Part shown: positions 1-16,045 of the stretch, one piece after another | How positions within the stretch are numbered: the stretch's first letter is position 1 | Layout: every line of letters begins with the position of its first letter | NCBI GenBank assembly: GCA_964016885.1 | Contig: OZ024740.1 | Location: 78,182,001-78,246,000, forward strand | Direction of reading: 5' to 3' | Length of the DNA: 64,000 bases | DNA from: Eledone cirrhosa | Taxonomy: Eukaryota | Translations under genes and position numbers: made by a program | Notes under the pieces: model-generated | Databases searched by the model: none | What the model saw: only the letters and a program-made list of their open reading frames with translations | Told to the model about the DNA's origin: nothing

Positions 1-90
1 TGGATTCGCAATCGTAAGGTTGTGAGTTCGATTCCTGGACCAGGCGATGCGTTATGTCCTTGAGCAAGACACTTTATTTCACGTTGCTCC
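1..90 (+). mobile_element. tRNA-derived CORE-like SINE fragment (cut by window start)
   Basis: B-box-like GAGTTCGATTCC followed by TCCTTGAGCAAGACACTTTATTTCACGTTGCTCC; same family as 17583-17725. Confidence 0.75.
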
Positions 91-555
91 TTCTACCTGG
101 AGTTGCGACCGATAGATAGTATTAGCAATTGGAAAGACCAACGGAAACATTGTTCCCTCGGTCCGATTTGACGAAAGTTGATCGTTCCTTCGTTCCTTTA
201 TATATATATATATATATATATATAATGTATGTATTTATATATATATATATATATAGAGAGAGAGATTTTGAGTATATGTTGGTTGTATACCAACACCTCA
301 GTATGCAGACTGGAGCACTCGACTGGAATCATATGGATTCCAGTTCCTCAGTGAAATAACAAGCCAACCAGGAACTGGGCATATCAGAGTATTGACAAAA
401 TTATACACCTCAACAACATATGTACTTGTCTATACCACACTAATTCAAACTGCCTGATGGCTGTCACTGAAATATATATGTTTATAGCAGCAATAAACGA
501 AGCTAAATTTTAAACATTTGACTTTTTATTTAACTTTATTTTATATATATATATA

Positions 556-650
556 TAATTGTTTCTATTTTTGGCACAAGGCCAGCAATTATCACAGTGT
601 ATTACTGGTACTTTATTTTATCGACCCCGTAAGGATGAAAGACAAAGTTG
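556..650 (-). mobile_element. SINE family A, 3' fragment
   Basis: Reverse complement of the core/tail seen full length at 33005-33197 (TTTCATCCTTACGGGGTCGATAAAATAAAGTACCAGTAAT...CCTTGTGCCAAAA). Confidence 0.8.
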
Positions 651-772
651 TTATATATATAATGTATGTATATATATAATGTGTATGTATGTGTATATAT
701 ATATATATATATATAATATATATATATATAATGTATATATATGTGTATGTATGGATGTATATATACATACAT

Positions 773-804
<32 letters not shown>

Positions 805-1255
805 CATACATGTATGTATATATATATGTGGATGTATGTATATGTGTGTATGTGTATGTATATATATATGTGTGTATGTATGTATATATGTGTGTGTATG
901 TATGTATATATATGTGTGTGTATGTATGTATATATATGTGTGTATGTATGTATATATATATGTGTGTATGTATGTATATATATATGTGTGTATGTATGTA
1001 TATATATATGTGTGTATGTATGTATATATATATGTGTGTATGTATGTATGTATATATATATGTGTGTATGTATATATATATATGTGTGTGTGTATGTATG
1101 TGTATATATGTATGTATATATATATATATATGTGTGTGTGTGTATGTATGTGTATATATGTATGTATGATGTATGTATATATATATATATATAATGTGTG
1201 TATATATATATATAATATGAGTGTGTGTATATATACACACACACACCTACACACA
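651..1255. repeat. Compound (TA)n/(TG)n/(TATG)n microsatellite
   Basis: Direct reading; explains the Y/I/C/V-rich ORFs. Confidence 0.95.
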
Positions 1256-1420
1256 AACAATTACTGCTACCTCGCCAGGCTTGCTTAACTATATCAAGTA
1301 ATTTTCTCATCTCATTTATGTAAATTACTATTTTTGTTGTTGTATATCAATCCACATACACACACGAGAGAGAAAGATGTATGGATAGATAGATGGATAC
1401 AACAATGATAATAAATAATA

Positions 1421-1456
<36 letters not shown>

Positions 1457-1462
<6 letters not shown>

Positions 1463-1795
1463 TAAAAAAATGAAAAATCAGTGATGCATCTGGACTCAGT
1501 TTATTGCGTGCTACCATTGTTTCACCGGCAGGTAGCTCGAGACATGATCACTGTATGGATCTGGCTGATTCTACGGCTGCAAGTTCCTTCGGACAGAGGC
1601 AATTCGTTCGGAGCTAATTTTCTCACTCAGAAAATTAGCTCCGAACGAATTGCCTGTGTCCGAAGGAACTTGCAGCCGTAGAATCAGCCAGATCCATACA
1701 GTGATCATGTCTCGAGCTACCTGCCGGTGAAACAATGGTAGCACGCAATAAACTGAGTCCAGATGCATCACTGATTTTTCGTTTTTTTATACTAT
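1457..1795. repeat. Near-perfect 339-bp palindrome next to (TA)n
   Basis: Arms 1457-1623 and 1629-1795 are reverse complements around loop CACTC; the ORF track shows near-identical 66-aa ORFs on both strands. Confidence 0.95.
1655..1745 (+). ncRNA. Putative variant hammerhead ribozyme with long stem II (mirror copy at ~1507-1597, minus)
   Basis: TGTGT-CCGAAGGA-ACTTGCAG...CTGCCGGT-GAAA-CAATGG-TA-GCACG; stems I and II pair (with G-U) but the core deviates (U4>C). Confidence 0.45.
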
Positions 1796-1880
1796 CCACA
1801 CTCTGCTCTGTATGAATATTGAGTGCTAATTTTGGCATACCTCCTATGGAAGCACCATAGCTACCATTACACACACACGC

Positions 1881-1926
<46 letters not shown>

Positions 1927-1930
<4 letters not shown>

Positions 1931-2030
1931 GTTTCTACTTTAGGCACAAGGCCAGCAAATATCCAGTACATTACTGGTACTTTATTTTATCGACCCTTAA
2001 GGATGAAAGGCAAAGTCAACCTCGGCGGGA
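1927..2030 (-). mobile_element. SINE family A, 3' fragment
   Basis: Reverse complement of family A core and tail. Confidence 0.8.
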
Positions 2031-2472
2031 TATACATATATATAGTGTGTGTGTGTCCGGTTAAGCATTAATGCCTAAATGAGCAACCAAACGACTATCG
2101 TTTACAGACTGGATCTCTTAAATCCGACACGCTTTGATTGTATCTGCTACTATTATTATTTCAGGCTTTAGGCTTTATATTACACAAGACAAACAAAATT
2201 GTTTGGAAACATTGCGGGTTGTATTGTTTCCTATTTTAAGCTTTGTTCAAGCTTAGATAAGATATCGATATATATATGTAGAACGAGATGGCAAGACAGT
2301 TTAATTTGGGATCGATTTCTGCTTTCCAACATTTTCCCCGTAGTTTGACAGAGCCTTATTAAATAAGGTTTATTTACTCCCAGAGTTTCCTGATTTGCAT
2401 CCCACCTGTAAAATCGTCATTTTCTTAAATTAATTTTGTCGTTATTTTTTGCCATAAACCACATGAAAATGT

Positions 2473-2517
<45 letters not shown>

Positions 2518-3094
2518 AACCCCCACATTGGATGTAATGTAATGTAAATGCTAGATACACGATGTCTGAATAAGACAGGACGGGAGTTTTTCCCACTAGA
2601 AATGCCAATGACCATATCACAGCTCTCTTAAGACTCACATTAGGCTACTTACTACTACTACTACTAACTACCACCACCACCAATACTAACTACCATAACC
2701 ACCTTCCTTGTGCTCCTCTACTGTTATCTAATTCTATTCCCCATAATACGTATATTGGAATATTTCTTTGTTAAACTTTGTTTATTCTAAAACCCTTAAC
2801 ACCTTACAATGACAGCTTTATGATTATACATACGATCAGAACAAGATAAAAATGTGTTCATGTTTTAACAACGACTACAAGATCTAAAACATCGTCTTTA
2901 CTCAGCGACGATTGCCTTCATTTCTAAATATTTTGATATTTGCATCAATATTTCTTCTACTTAAAAATTGAATTTTACTTAATTCATCATTATATCTAGC
3001 TCATTAGGATCAGGTAAGTATATCTAGAATGTGGCAACTATTGTTTAGTGACAGCTCACTTCTGATCAGCCTGTTTCTTTCCTTCCCGTAATAT

Positions 3095-3200
3095 AATCTT
3101 GATAAGTTAAACCCAACCGGCGAGAGACTCAGGGGGAAGACTACGAGCAAGTCTCTGAGCCAGATGGTTGAATAACATCCATGAGCTCGGCTGGTGTTGA
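3095..3200 (+). mobile_element. RTE LINE 3' fragment
   Basis: Similar to 15880-15960 and 21180-21260 (AGATGGTTGGATAACATCCATGAG). Confidence 0.55.
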
Positions 3201-3297
3201 GCACTATTTCCTCATGTTTGTAGACCCACGTGTGTGTGTATATGTATATATACACGTAAACAAGACCATTAGTATGTGTGTGTATATATATATATAT

Positions 3298-3849
3298 GGT
3301 CGGGTCGTTGGCGACTAAACTGGCAACCCCACCAAGGTTTCTTGGTGAGGAGGGTGACTTTGGACATCCTGCAGGACTAAAAACAAAACCTGTCAAAGGG
3401 CAAAGGAGCTCTTAAGAGTCAATGGCCATCCAAAATCACCGGGAGAGATGACCCCTTAGCCTTTGTCAAGGCAGAATTCTAGGAGAAGGAAAACTCTGAT
3501 ATAACACCTGCAACCCTGATGGTATCCAATGATGTTGACTTGTTCTTCTTTTTGGTACATATCATCTTGTTTAAGAGAGTGGGACTGGCTTTGTGCAGTG
3601 CCTTTGCTCACTATAAAAGCTTCACGGCACAGGCATTGCTTTATATCTGGAGATCTCTCTGCACTTGTCGTCACATGGTACCATGGGCCCAGCACTATGT
3701 GTCAATAATTGTCAAAAGTGTAGTGTTTGTACCAGAGTTTTCAAATCGCTGGCTGGACTAAAAAGTCACACTCGTTCAGCGCATCCGTAGGGGTTCTCCT
3801 ACATGGATATAAAGTAGTGGCCGTACTCGAAAACGAGTTGGCAGCCACC
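3298..3849. mobile_element. Unclassified ~550-bp interspersed repeat inserted in (TA)n
   Basis: 3390-3849 is nearly identical to 44720-45180; GGT...ACC ends flanked by TA repeats. Confidence 0.8.
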
Positions 3850-4040
3850 ATATATATAGTAATAATACAAAGAGGACTTGATAAGGGTTATATATATAAA
3901 CCTGTAGGGCAAATATTTTTTAATAGTACAGATTAAAAGTTTAAGAATGAATTTCTTCTTTCACCTTCAGTGGAATCATTAGATGATCCTGCTTACTGTG
4001 AAAGCAGAAATTCATTGCTTAAACTCTACCAATAATAATA

Positions 4041-4097
<57 letters not shown>

Positions 4098-4220
4098 AAA
4101 GTATATATTGAGTTAAAAACTCAATCCCTTAAAATCAAAATAGCTCAAGAAAAAAATTACAAGGATGTGATTTGAACGCATATATGTATATATCTGTGTG
4201 TGTATCTCTCTTTGTTGTAT

Positions 4221-4292
<72 letters not shown>

Positions 4293-4907
4293 GCTCTGTT
4301 ACTACTAAGAATTTCTCATGATGTGGTCTCCCTCAGGGCAACAACAACAAAAATATATATGTATATAATATATGTGCTTACTGGGCATATATTTGAAGTC
4401 CCTAGCTCACTCCCACACACATCACAATTTCTAAAATATACTCCCCCACACACTAGCTGTCTATCACTCTCCCCTTTATTTTTTTCTCCATTCTTTTTCT
4501 TCGTTTTCCCCACCCCTCTATGAACAATAAAACAATCCAGCTATTGTATACACATATACACAGAAATGTGTGTATATGAGTTCGTTTGATTATTCTTTCA
4601 TATATTAGTAGCGATAGTAAAATACTACTAGTTGCCGTTGCTCCATTTCAGAAAGGTTTTTAACAATCAGAACAATGTTCTCTAAATTGGAGGGCGTATT
4701 TTTTGCTAATGTCTCAACACAATGGTCTGTTTCTCTTGAAATATTAACCGGTCCTGGTTGTATCAAAACCGACTACTTCAATGAAGCGTAAACGGAAAAC
4801 ATTTATTCGAAAACTTTATGCATTCACCTATACACATGCGCGTGTACACGCATAATATATATATATATATAAATTAATATCTATCTGTGTAAACATGTAT
4901 CTCTCTC

Positions 4908-4950
<43 letters not shown>

Positions 4951-5394
4951 ATACACACACACACGTGTATATGTGAGAGAATGGGATAAATGTATGTACC
5001 TTCTCTCAAACACTCACATATATAGATACATATATACACACAGAGACGTGTATGTGTATATATATATATCCTCACAAGTCATTCTACTCTCTTTAGGTTG
5101 GTGTGTCCGCGCGCCTGGGTATACCAATGTAATTACTAAGGATTTTCGTTTTTATAGTTTAACTTTTGACTGCAACCAGTCACACATACAATTGCATGTA
5201 TATATCCTCTTAGGTGTATCTCTATAATAATGGAAACTTTATGATCTGGAAGAAATGATTTTTTTCATGTTACGTGAATGTATGTACGTAAATGGATGTA
5301 TATATGTTTATATAGATGCGTACACACGCACACTTCTATAAGTATGTTGTGTAACCTGTGTGTTTGTATTGACATAGACGCACTTATATATATG

Positions 5395-5443
<49 letters not shown>

Positions 5444-6071
5444 ACGAAGTTTTCTGTGTGTGTGTGTGTGGACAATTTTTAATGAGGGCTCATATATTCC
5501 AAACCATTCATGCGATTTCTTTGAAATTTTTTACAGAGCGTCTCTTTGCACAAAACCTGTACATGATCTACAAAGGCTTTCAAGAATCGATATTGGGGTC
5601 TTTGGAGACATTAAAAAAGTTTCGGTTATTTGTGTGAATTTTCGTGATTAAGTAAGACAAGAGTTATCTTTCGTAATTCGGGTCATTCGGATTTTAATTT
5701 ATTCTTTGTACTTGAAACAGAATGTACGCTTCCTTGAGACTAACAATATCATTTTGTATATTTCACAACCAGCAATTTCTAACAAGTTACTAAGTTAGGT
5801 TATAGATTTGACATTGTATAATCTATCGTTTCAAGCTTGATGTTCATACATTAAGTGATGTCATAACGTTTACAATATTATGCTTTGTACATAATATTGT
5901 CTATTATTCACTTCACTTCTCTATTTCATGATGCACTTTTACTGTTGTCAAAAAAATGTATACCTACACTGGATTTCTGTTGTTACATGGTATAACGGAT
6001 GACACCGAGCTCACATATTAATTATTTCGCTGGAATAGTCCATGGGACGAGTTTAGTAGGAGTAGTGACAT

Positions 6072-6161
6072 AACAGTTAGTTTACCATACTGAGAACAAT
6101 TGTTTCACCTTGGATCCGCATAAGGTGAAACAATTGTTCTCAGTATGGTAAACTAACTGTT
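6072..6161. repeat. Perfect 90-bp hairpin
   Basis: 6072-6111 is the reverse complement of 6122-6161; loop GGATCCGCAT. Confidence 0.95.
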
Positions 6162-6204
6162 CTGTTACAACTAATATATATATAGATTTATTATATATAT
6201 ATAT

Positions 6205-6529
6205 AATGTAGTATATAGCATAAGATGTACTGAAGGACAATGTAGAGACAAAAAATATAGTGTACATAGGTGAGACAGCTCGTAGTGTAGGGGAACGGAT
6301 AAATGAACACTGGCGAGACCTTCAAGATAGTAAAGAATCATCTGTACTCTACCAACATGCTAAAATAGAACACAGGGATAAATTAGAGAACATAGAAATA
6401 AAAATAGAATCTACACACCGAAAAGACGCAATGTTTAGACAAATCACAGAGGCAATAAACATAAAAGAATTACAACCAAAATTAAATAGAAAATATGAGT
6501 GGAACAGCAACATCACAACTTACAATTAA
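6205..6529 (+). pseudogene. Penelope-like element GIY-YIG endonuclease domain (5'-truncated, 1-nt frameshift)
   Basis: NVVYSIRCTEGQCRDK[frameshift in A-run ~6250]VYIGETARSVGERINEH...LYQHAKIEH...RQITEAINIKELQPKLNRKYEW matches the PLE GIY-YIG pattern VVY-x-I-x-C..C..YIGET..R..EH..H..E...I....P.LN. Confidence 0.9.
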
Positions 6530-6730
6530 GGACAAAATGAAAACACACACACACATAGAACAAACAACCAAGCTGTAACATGTAAATAAACAAATAAATA
6601 AACGAATATAAACACACACAGACACCCGCATGTGGCGCATGCGCAGACTGAGCACCCAACACACAGACAGAAACAAAATGGCGTAGGACAGAACAAAGGA
6701 GAGGCACAAAAACAAAGAAAAGAATCCCCA

Positions 6731-6773
6731 GTCACTGAAGAGGTCACAGAATGTGTGACGAAAGAACTTTGAC
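6731..6773 (+). ncRNA. Minimal type I hammerhead ribozyme in PLE pseudo-LTR
   Basis: GTCA-CTGAAGA-G-GTCACA gaatg TGTGAC-GAAA-GAAC-TT-TGAC: stems I and II pair, minimal stem III. Confidence 0.8.
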
Positions 6774-6896
6774 AATATATAAACAACCATCTGGTTGTGG
6801 AACCAACCAACCGGAAATTTATAAATTTATAATAAATTGAAGTGAAAGCAACTGGTGCGTGTGTTTCTTATTGGCAACATGACCCTCCCAAAGTAT

Positions 6897-6950
<54 letters not shown>

Positions 6951-6951
6951 T

Positions 6952-6984
<33 letters not shown>

Positions 6985-7011
6985 TTATATATATATATTT
7001 ATATATATATT

Positions 7012-7045
<34 letters not shown>

Positions 7046-7079
7046 TATATTTATATATATATATTTATATTTATATATC

Positions 7080-7440
7080 ATCATCATCATCAGGTTTAGC
7101 GTCCGTGTTCCACGCTTGCATGGGTTTGGACGGGGGTTTTCCCACTTGAGGCAAGAGTGGTTGTCTTGCTCGCATAGGACTGTCTGGCAGGTTTTCTACA
7201 GTTGGATGCCCTTCCTAACACCAACCACATTTACAGTGTGGGGCTGGGAGGTTTTTACCGTGTTGCGTACACGGCCACATTACAGCGTGGACTGTCTGGC
7301 GGGTTTTCTACAGCTGGATGCCCTTCCTAACACCAACCACATTTACAGTATTGGGCTGGGAGGTTTTTACCGTGTTGCCTACACGGCCACATTTACAGCG
7401 TGGACTGTGTGTTTTTTTGTCGTGACACCTACACGATCTC
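7080..7440 (-). mobile_element. SINE with RTE-type tail and internal duplication
   Basis: (CAT)n tail, AGCGTCCGTGTTCCACGCTTGCATGGG, two copies of TTTTCTACAGYTGGATGCCCTTCCTAACACCAACC. Confidence 0.65.
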
Positions 7441-7469
7441 ATTTGTTTAGGCCTGGATGTTGTGGGACC

Positions 7470-9663
<2,194 letters not shown>

Positions 9664-9679
9664 ACAAAATGCCTGACTG

Positions 9680-9895
9680 AATACACGTACTTTTTCTATC
9701 CAAAATATTTTCTTCACGTTTCGTCCTTTTCTCATTCTCTCTGTTTCTATTAATGTATGTCTCATTCTACCTTCTGAGGGAGCACCATTGTCTCAAACGA
9801 CAACACTCTTTTACTACGCTTAAAGCGTCAAGCTAATATGTAGCTTCATTGTACTGTATTGTTTGTTTTGATGTTTCTCTTTACTTATATGTGTG
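9680..9895 (+). mobile_element. PLE pseudo-LTR-like cassette family B (degenerate HHR)
   Basis: Similar to 29920-30135 and, reversed, to 59430-59580 and 17160-17300. Confidence 0.55.
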
Positions 9896-10209
9896 TGTAT
9901 TTTATATATATATTTTATATATATATTTGTACATATGTGTTAAATTCGCGTATATATTGTAATATTGACACAAAGAAAAGTACTCAATTATGCTCTATTT
10001 TTAATCTTCTGAAGTGCAAACTAGAACAGCCCAGCCCTTTTAGATATTAGAGAATTCGTTATGTGTGTATTGTTATATCTATGTCATGTATATATGCATG
10101 TGTATATAAAATTACAAAGCCAGTTTGTTCATTAGATGAAAGAACAAAGTTGTCTTTGATGACAATAACATTAACATGAACATTTGTAAAGTAAACAGTT
10201 CTGCCAAGG

Positions 10210-10475
10210 TTATAAAACACTTGTATGACTAGCTATGACTGGCTGTAAAATTGTGACTAATCTTAAGTTATGATGTATTAATCAGATCATAGAAACAATA
10301 CCATGTTCTAATGTCCAGGGTTCTTAAAGCGTCCAATGTGGGCGTGTCTCTGTGGTATGATGTGGTGGTTGTTATTCGCCAAGAACATGACTATAAAATA
10401 TTTCAATGACTAACTATGTCTGACTGTAGAACTGTGACTAATCTTTGTATCAGATCATAGAAACAAATTCCATAA
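10210..10475 (+). repeat. Diverged direct duplication (~90 bp)
   Basis: ATGACTAGCTATGACTGGCTGTAAAATTGTGACTAATCTT...ATCAGATCATAGAAACAA at ~10225 and ~10406. Confidence 0.7.
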
Positions 10476-11161
10476 ACTATTGACAGTTTCCAAAGGGGCT
10501 GGAATCAGAGATTGGGCAATGTGGCATGATGATTCGAGGACAATTAAGGTTATTTGTAAGGTCTCTCTTAATCCTTATTACTTAAAATCCATTTTTGTCA
10601 AACGTCCCACTCCTGCAAAGTACGTAAAAGAAGCACCAGTCGTATACCAGGGGAAGTCAAAATAATTGATTGTTCTCTTTCCCAAAAATGTCTATTTATG
10701 TTAGAAAAGTATTAATGCTGCCATGCTTTGCACCATAGAGTTATGACCCTCTACGTTCTTAATTGATGGCCTTGTGCCAAAAGTAGAAACAATTATTAAT
10801 GTTTTCATGTTCTTTTACATTCCGAGTCCAAATCCCGTTAGCTTTGTCTTTCATACTTACGGGGCTGATAAAATAAAGTACCAGTCATACACTGGGGTTT
10901 AATGGACTTTCTCCCTTCCCATCAAATTGTTGACCTTGTTCCTAAATCAGAAACCATTATCACAATAAATACATTTACAATAGCCACTCGTTTCGTTTGA
11001 AACATTATTAATTATCATTAACATATAAAATATATCGTTTATTATAAATATATATTCTAAAGGTAACATGTTGAATGGTCGTTTGTAATAATCAGAAGAA
11101 CCATTTTCACTTCTTTGCTACTGTATTATTTATTAGTTTCTTGACAAATATATCGTGTGTA

Positions 11162-11267
<106 letters not shown>

Positions 11268-11424
11268 CATATATATACATATATATACATATATATATAT
11301 ATACATATATATACATATATATATATATACATATATATACATATATATATATATATACATATATATACATATATATATATATACATATACATATATATAT
11401 ATATATATATACATATATATATAC

Positions 11425-11569
<145 letters not shown>

Positions 11570-11652
11570 TATATACATATATATACATAAAATATTAAAA
11601 AAATAATGAATAAAACAATGAAACAGTTCCTTATATTAAACAAAAAAAGTTC

Positions 11653-11800
11653 ATTATTTAACGATCGTTTCTAGGATATATATGTGTTAGAATTGGCATG
11701 CATATTCAACAGATCTATGTACAAAATTATACAAAATTATACAAACTATCAAAATTAAATATACATACCAACACATATATATGCGGTCTTCAGAAATAAT
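11653..11800 (-). ncRNA. Hammerhead ribozyme with greatly extended stem II (single-arm copy of the 52457-52873 element)
   Basis: Minus strand: ATTATTT-CTGAAGA-[~115 nt self-complementary]-GAAA-CGATCG-TT-AAATAAT. Confidence 0.7.
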
Positions 11801-11970
11801 ATAGATATATACACATATATAGATATATACACATATATAGATATATACACATATATAGATATATACACATATATATATATATATATACACATATATATAT
11901 ATACACACATATATATATATATACACATATATATATACACATATATATATATATATACACATATATATAT

Positions 11971-12017
<47 letters not shown>

Positions 12018-12078
12018 TATATACATATATATATACATATATATATACATATATATATATATACATATATATATATAC

Positions 12079-12267
<189 letters not shown>

Positions 12268-12301
12268 CATATGTATATATATATATATACATATACATAT
12301 G

Positions 12302-12402
<101 letters not shown>

Positions 12403-12403
12403 T

Positions 12404-12745
<342 letters not shown>

Positions 12746-12760
12746 TATATACATATATAT

Positions 12761-12795
<35 letters not shown>

Positions 12796-12796
12796 C

Positions 12797-12827
<31 letters not shown>

Positions 12828-12848
12828 CATATATATATACATATATAC

Positions 12849-12887
<39 letters not shown>

Positions 12888-13226
12888 CATATATATATAC
12901 ATATATATATACATATATATATACATATACATATATATATACATATATATATACATATACATATATATATACATATATATATACATATATATATACATAT
13001 ACATATATATATACATATATATATATACATATACATATATATATACATATATATATATACATATATATATATACATATACATATATACATATATATATAT
13101 ACATGTACATATACTTATACATATATATATACATATACATATATATATATACATATATATATACATATACATATATATATATACATATACATATACATAT
13201 ATATATACATATATATATACATATAC

Positions 13227-13257
<31 letters not shown>

Positions 13258-13276
13258 CATATATATATACATATAC

Positions 13277-13307
<31 letters not shown>

Positions 13308-13400
13308 CATATATATATACATATACATATATATATATACATATATATATATACATATATATATATACATATATATATATACATATATATTACATATACA

Positions 13401-13505
<105 letters not shown>

Positions 13506-13546
13506 AAGAACACAAGAGTGTCTACAACATCAAAAGATTTTTATTG

Positions 13547-13591
13547 GCTTACAATGTTTCTTCCTTACGTAACCGTAGGATTCGTCAGAGC
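13547..13591 (-). ncRNA. Minimal hammerhead ribozyme in a TA-embedded cassette (13502-13721)
   Basis: Minus strand: GCT-CTGACGA-ATCCT acggttacgta AGGAA-GAAA-CATTG-TA-AGC. Confidence 0.75.
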
Positions 13592-13848
13592 TATAAAAGG
13601 GGTTTGATTGGTGTTATAGACTCTACCAACCAAACATTCAAGAACAAAGAGTAAAGAGAGTAAAGAGCAAAAGTAGGGGACGATAAGTCTAATTTTGGTG
13701 CGGAGGGGGGGTCCTTGTTTACTATATATACACATATATATACATACATATATATATATATATATATACATATATTTATATATACATATATATATACATA
13801 CATATATATATATACATATATTTATATATACATATATTTATATATACA

Positions 13849-14010
<162 letters not shown>

Positions 14011-14145
14011 CACATATATTTATATATACATATATGTATGTATATACACATATATTTATATATACATATATGTATGTATATATATATATATATATATACA
14101 TATATACACATATATGTATGAGTATATATATATATATACATATAT

Positions 14146-14178
<33 letters not shown>

Positions 14179-14714
14179 CATATGTATGTGTATATATATT
14201 TATACATATATGTATGTGTATATATATTTATACATATATATATGTGTTTGTGTGTGGGGGGGGGGGTGTCAGTAACACGATTTTGTGTTTTTATTGATGT
14301 CTATGATAATTAATTAATTATGTTATGTTATATTAAGTTTTGTATATATTTGATTTGTTTTGTTTTCTGTCTTCTCTTACTGGATATTAAAATTTGCAGA
14401 CTACCCCAGTGAGTTTAGAGGTGGCCAGGTGAAAACTCATGAAGTGATATATAATTCATCACCATCATTATATATATTTGTATTTATGTATACATACACA
14501 CACATACATACAAACACTTACAGCTGACGAAAGAAACTCCTTTCTTCCTCTCTTCTCCTGTTCCATCCTAACCACCATCCTAAACTTTGTTTTTAGTAAC
14601 ACACAGCTCCTTTCGTTTATTATATATATATACATACAAACACATAAACAATAGCTTAAAATGGCAGCATAGATGTGTTATGTATGTTTATTTACGCGCA
14701 CGCACGCGCGCACG

Positions 14715-14767
<53 letters not shown>

Positions 14768-14897
14768 ATATATAATCATCGCCGTTTAACGTCCATTTTT
14801 CCACGCTAAGATAGGTACCAGCACTTCACTGCTATATGATTTTGGGTTGTATCCATTCCCGGCCATCCTTCTATGACATTCTCTGTATTCAAACACA

Positions 14898-14950
<53 letters not shown>

Positions 14951-15754
14951 GCGCCTACAGTCACAAATATTTTTACCTCATGTTTTGAACCCTTGGCAAC
15001 CAAAAATATACATCTACTCTATAGTCTTAGAATTGAGGTCTTTTAACGAATACATTGATCTAATTGGGAGGATTCTTTTGTTCATTAATAGCAGGAGATA
15101 TTTTCCGTGTGTTCGGTGTAATTACGCTAAACAGTAATGAGAGTGTGGTGACCACATTCAAAGACAATACAATGCCTAAAATGCTAAACTACTTAAAATT
15201 AGTTGTCTTTCAAAGTACTTCTAGAAGAATTTCTTCTATCACTCTCTCTTGGACCCTGTCCAAAATAATCTGGAACAGTGTCTACAAGGTTTGTGGTGGG
15301 GATGGTAGATAGGCCATTGCCCTCACTCCTCTGCTTTCTCCACCCCACCCCTCACTCTTTGTTGCTGTTTATCTTGCCATTGTCACAATCTGTGTGTGTG
15401 TGTACATTATGAAAGGCACTATTATGAATAAATTCTATTTTGTTTTCCACATGAGTCCTTTGCAGCTCGTTTATCTGTGTGTGGATGTATGAATATAAAC
15501 GATTTGAGTTCAAATACTATTGATGTAGCCAGTGCTATATTATAGTTCTGAGCCTGTTTAACACTTTCATGACTGCATTTCTAATGAAACACACTTTTTT
15601 TCAATTAATAGAGAATTTAGAGGGATTTACTAAAATTATTATTTATTTACTTAATTAAATAGTAACTAAACATATGGTTCTCATGTTGGACGATTTTAAT
15701 TTAAATTGAAATCTTTTAAAATGAGTGATTTTATTTCATAGAACTCTATTGAAT

Positions 15755-16045
15755 AACGTTACTCGATAGAGTGTGTAGCTCGGAGATCAGTCATTTCAGG
15801 TAAAGTTGCTACTTCTCTGAATTGAGATGGGCATGTGGTTAGAGTGTCTCTGGAATGAATCACTGGATAGATTTTACGAGCAAAACCAACCAGCAGGAGA
15901 CCCATGAGTAGACCCCGGGCAAGATGGTTGGATAACCTCTATGAGTTTGGCTGGTCTCACTTAGGGATCTGGTAGGACCTGCTGGAAAGAGTGTTTGAGG
16001 TCTCTACCCCCACAACCCTCTCAAGATTAAGTGAACTAAGAAGAA
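15755..16045 (+). mobile_element. RTE LINE 3' end fragment
   Basis: Homologous to 21060-21365; degenerate RP.GRP...W region. Confidence 0.65.

Larger units (their letters stand above)
6205..6900 (+). mobile_element. Penelope-like retroelement 3' end (endonuclease + pseudo-LTR) between (TA)n tracts
   Basis: GIY-YIG remnant, downstream HHR, AATAAA near 6831, ends at (TA)n; partial second copy at 27882-28025. Confidence 0.85.

Noticed and set aside
3815-3849. HDV-like ribozyme on the minus strand (7-bp helix starting with G-U)
   Set aside because: No P1.1, L3 or J4/2 elements; only a nested hairpin
3456-3936. Short ORFs duplicated at 44787-45276
   Set aside because: Conservation reflects recent repeat copy identity; no recognisable protein motif
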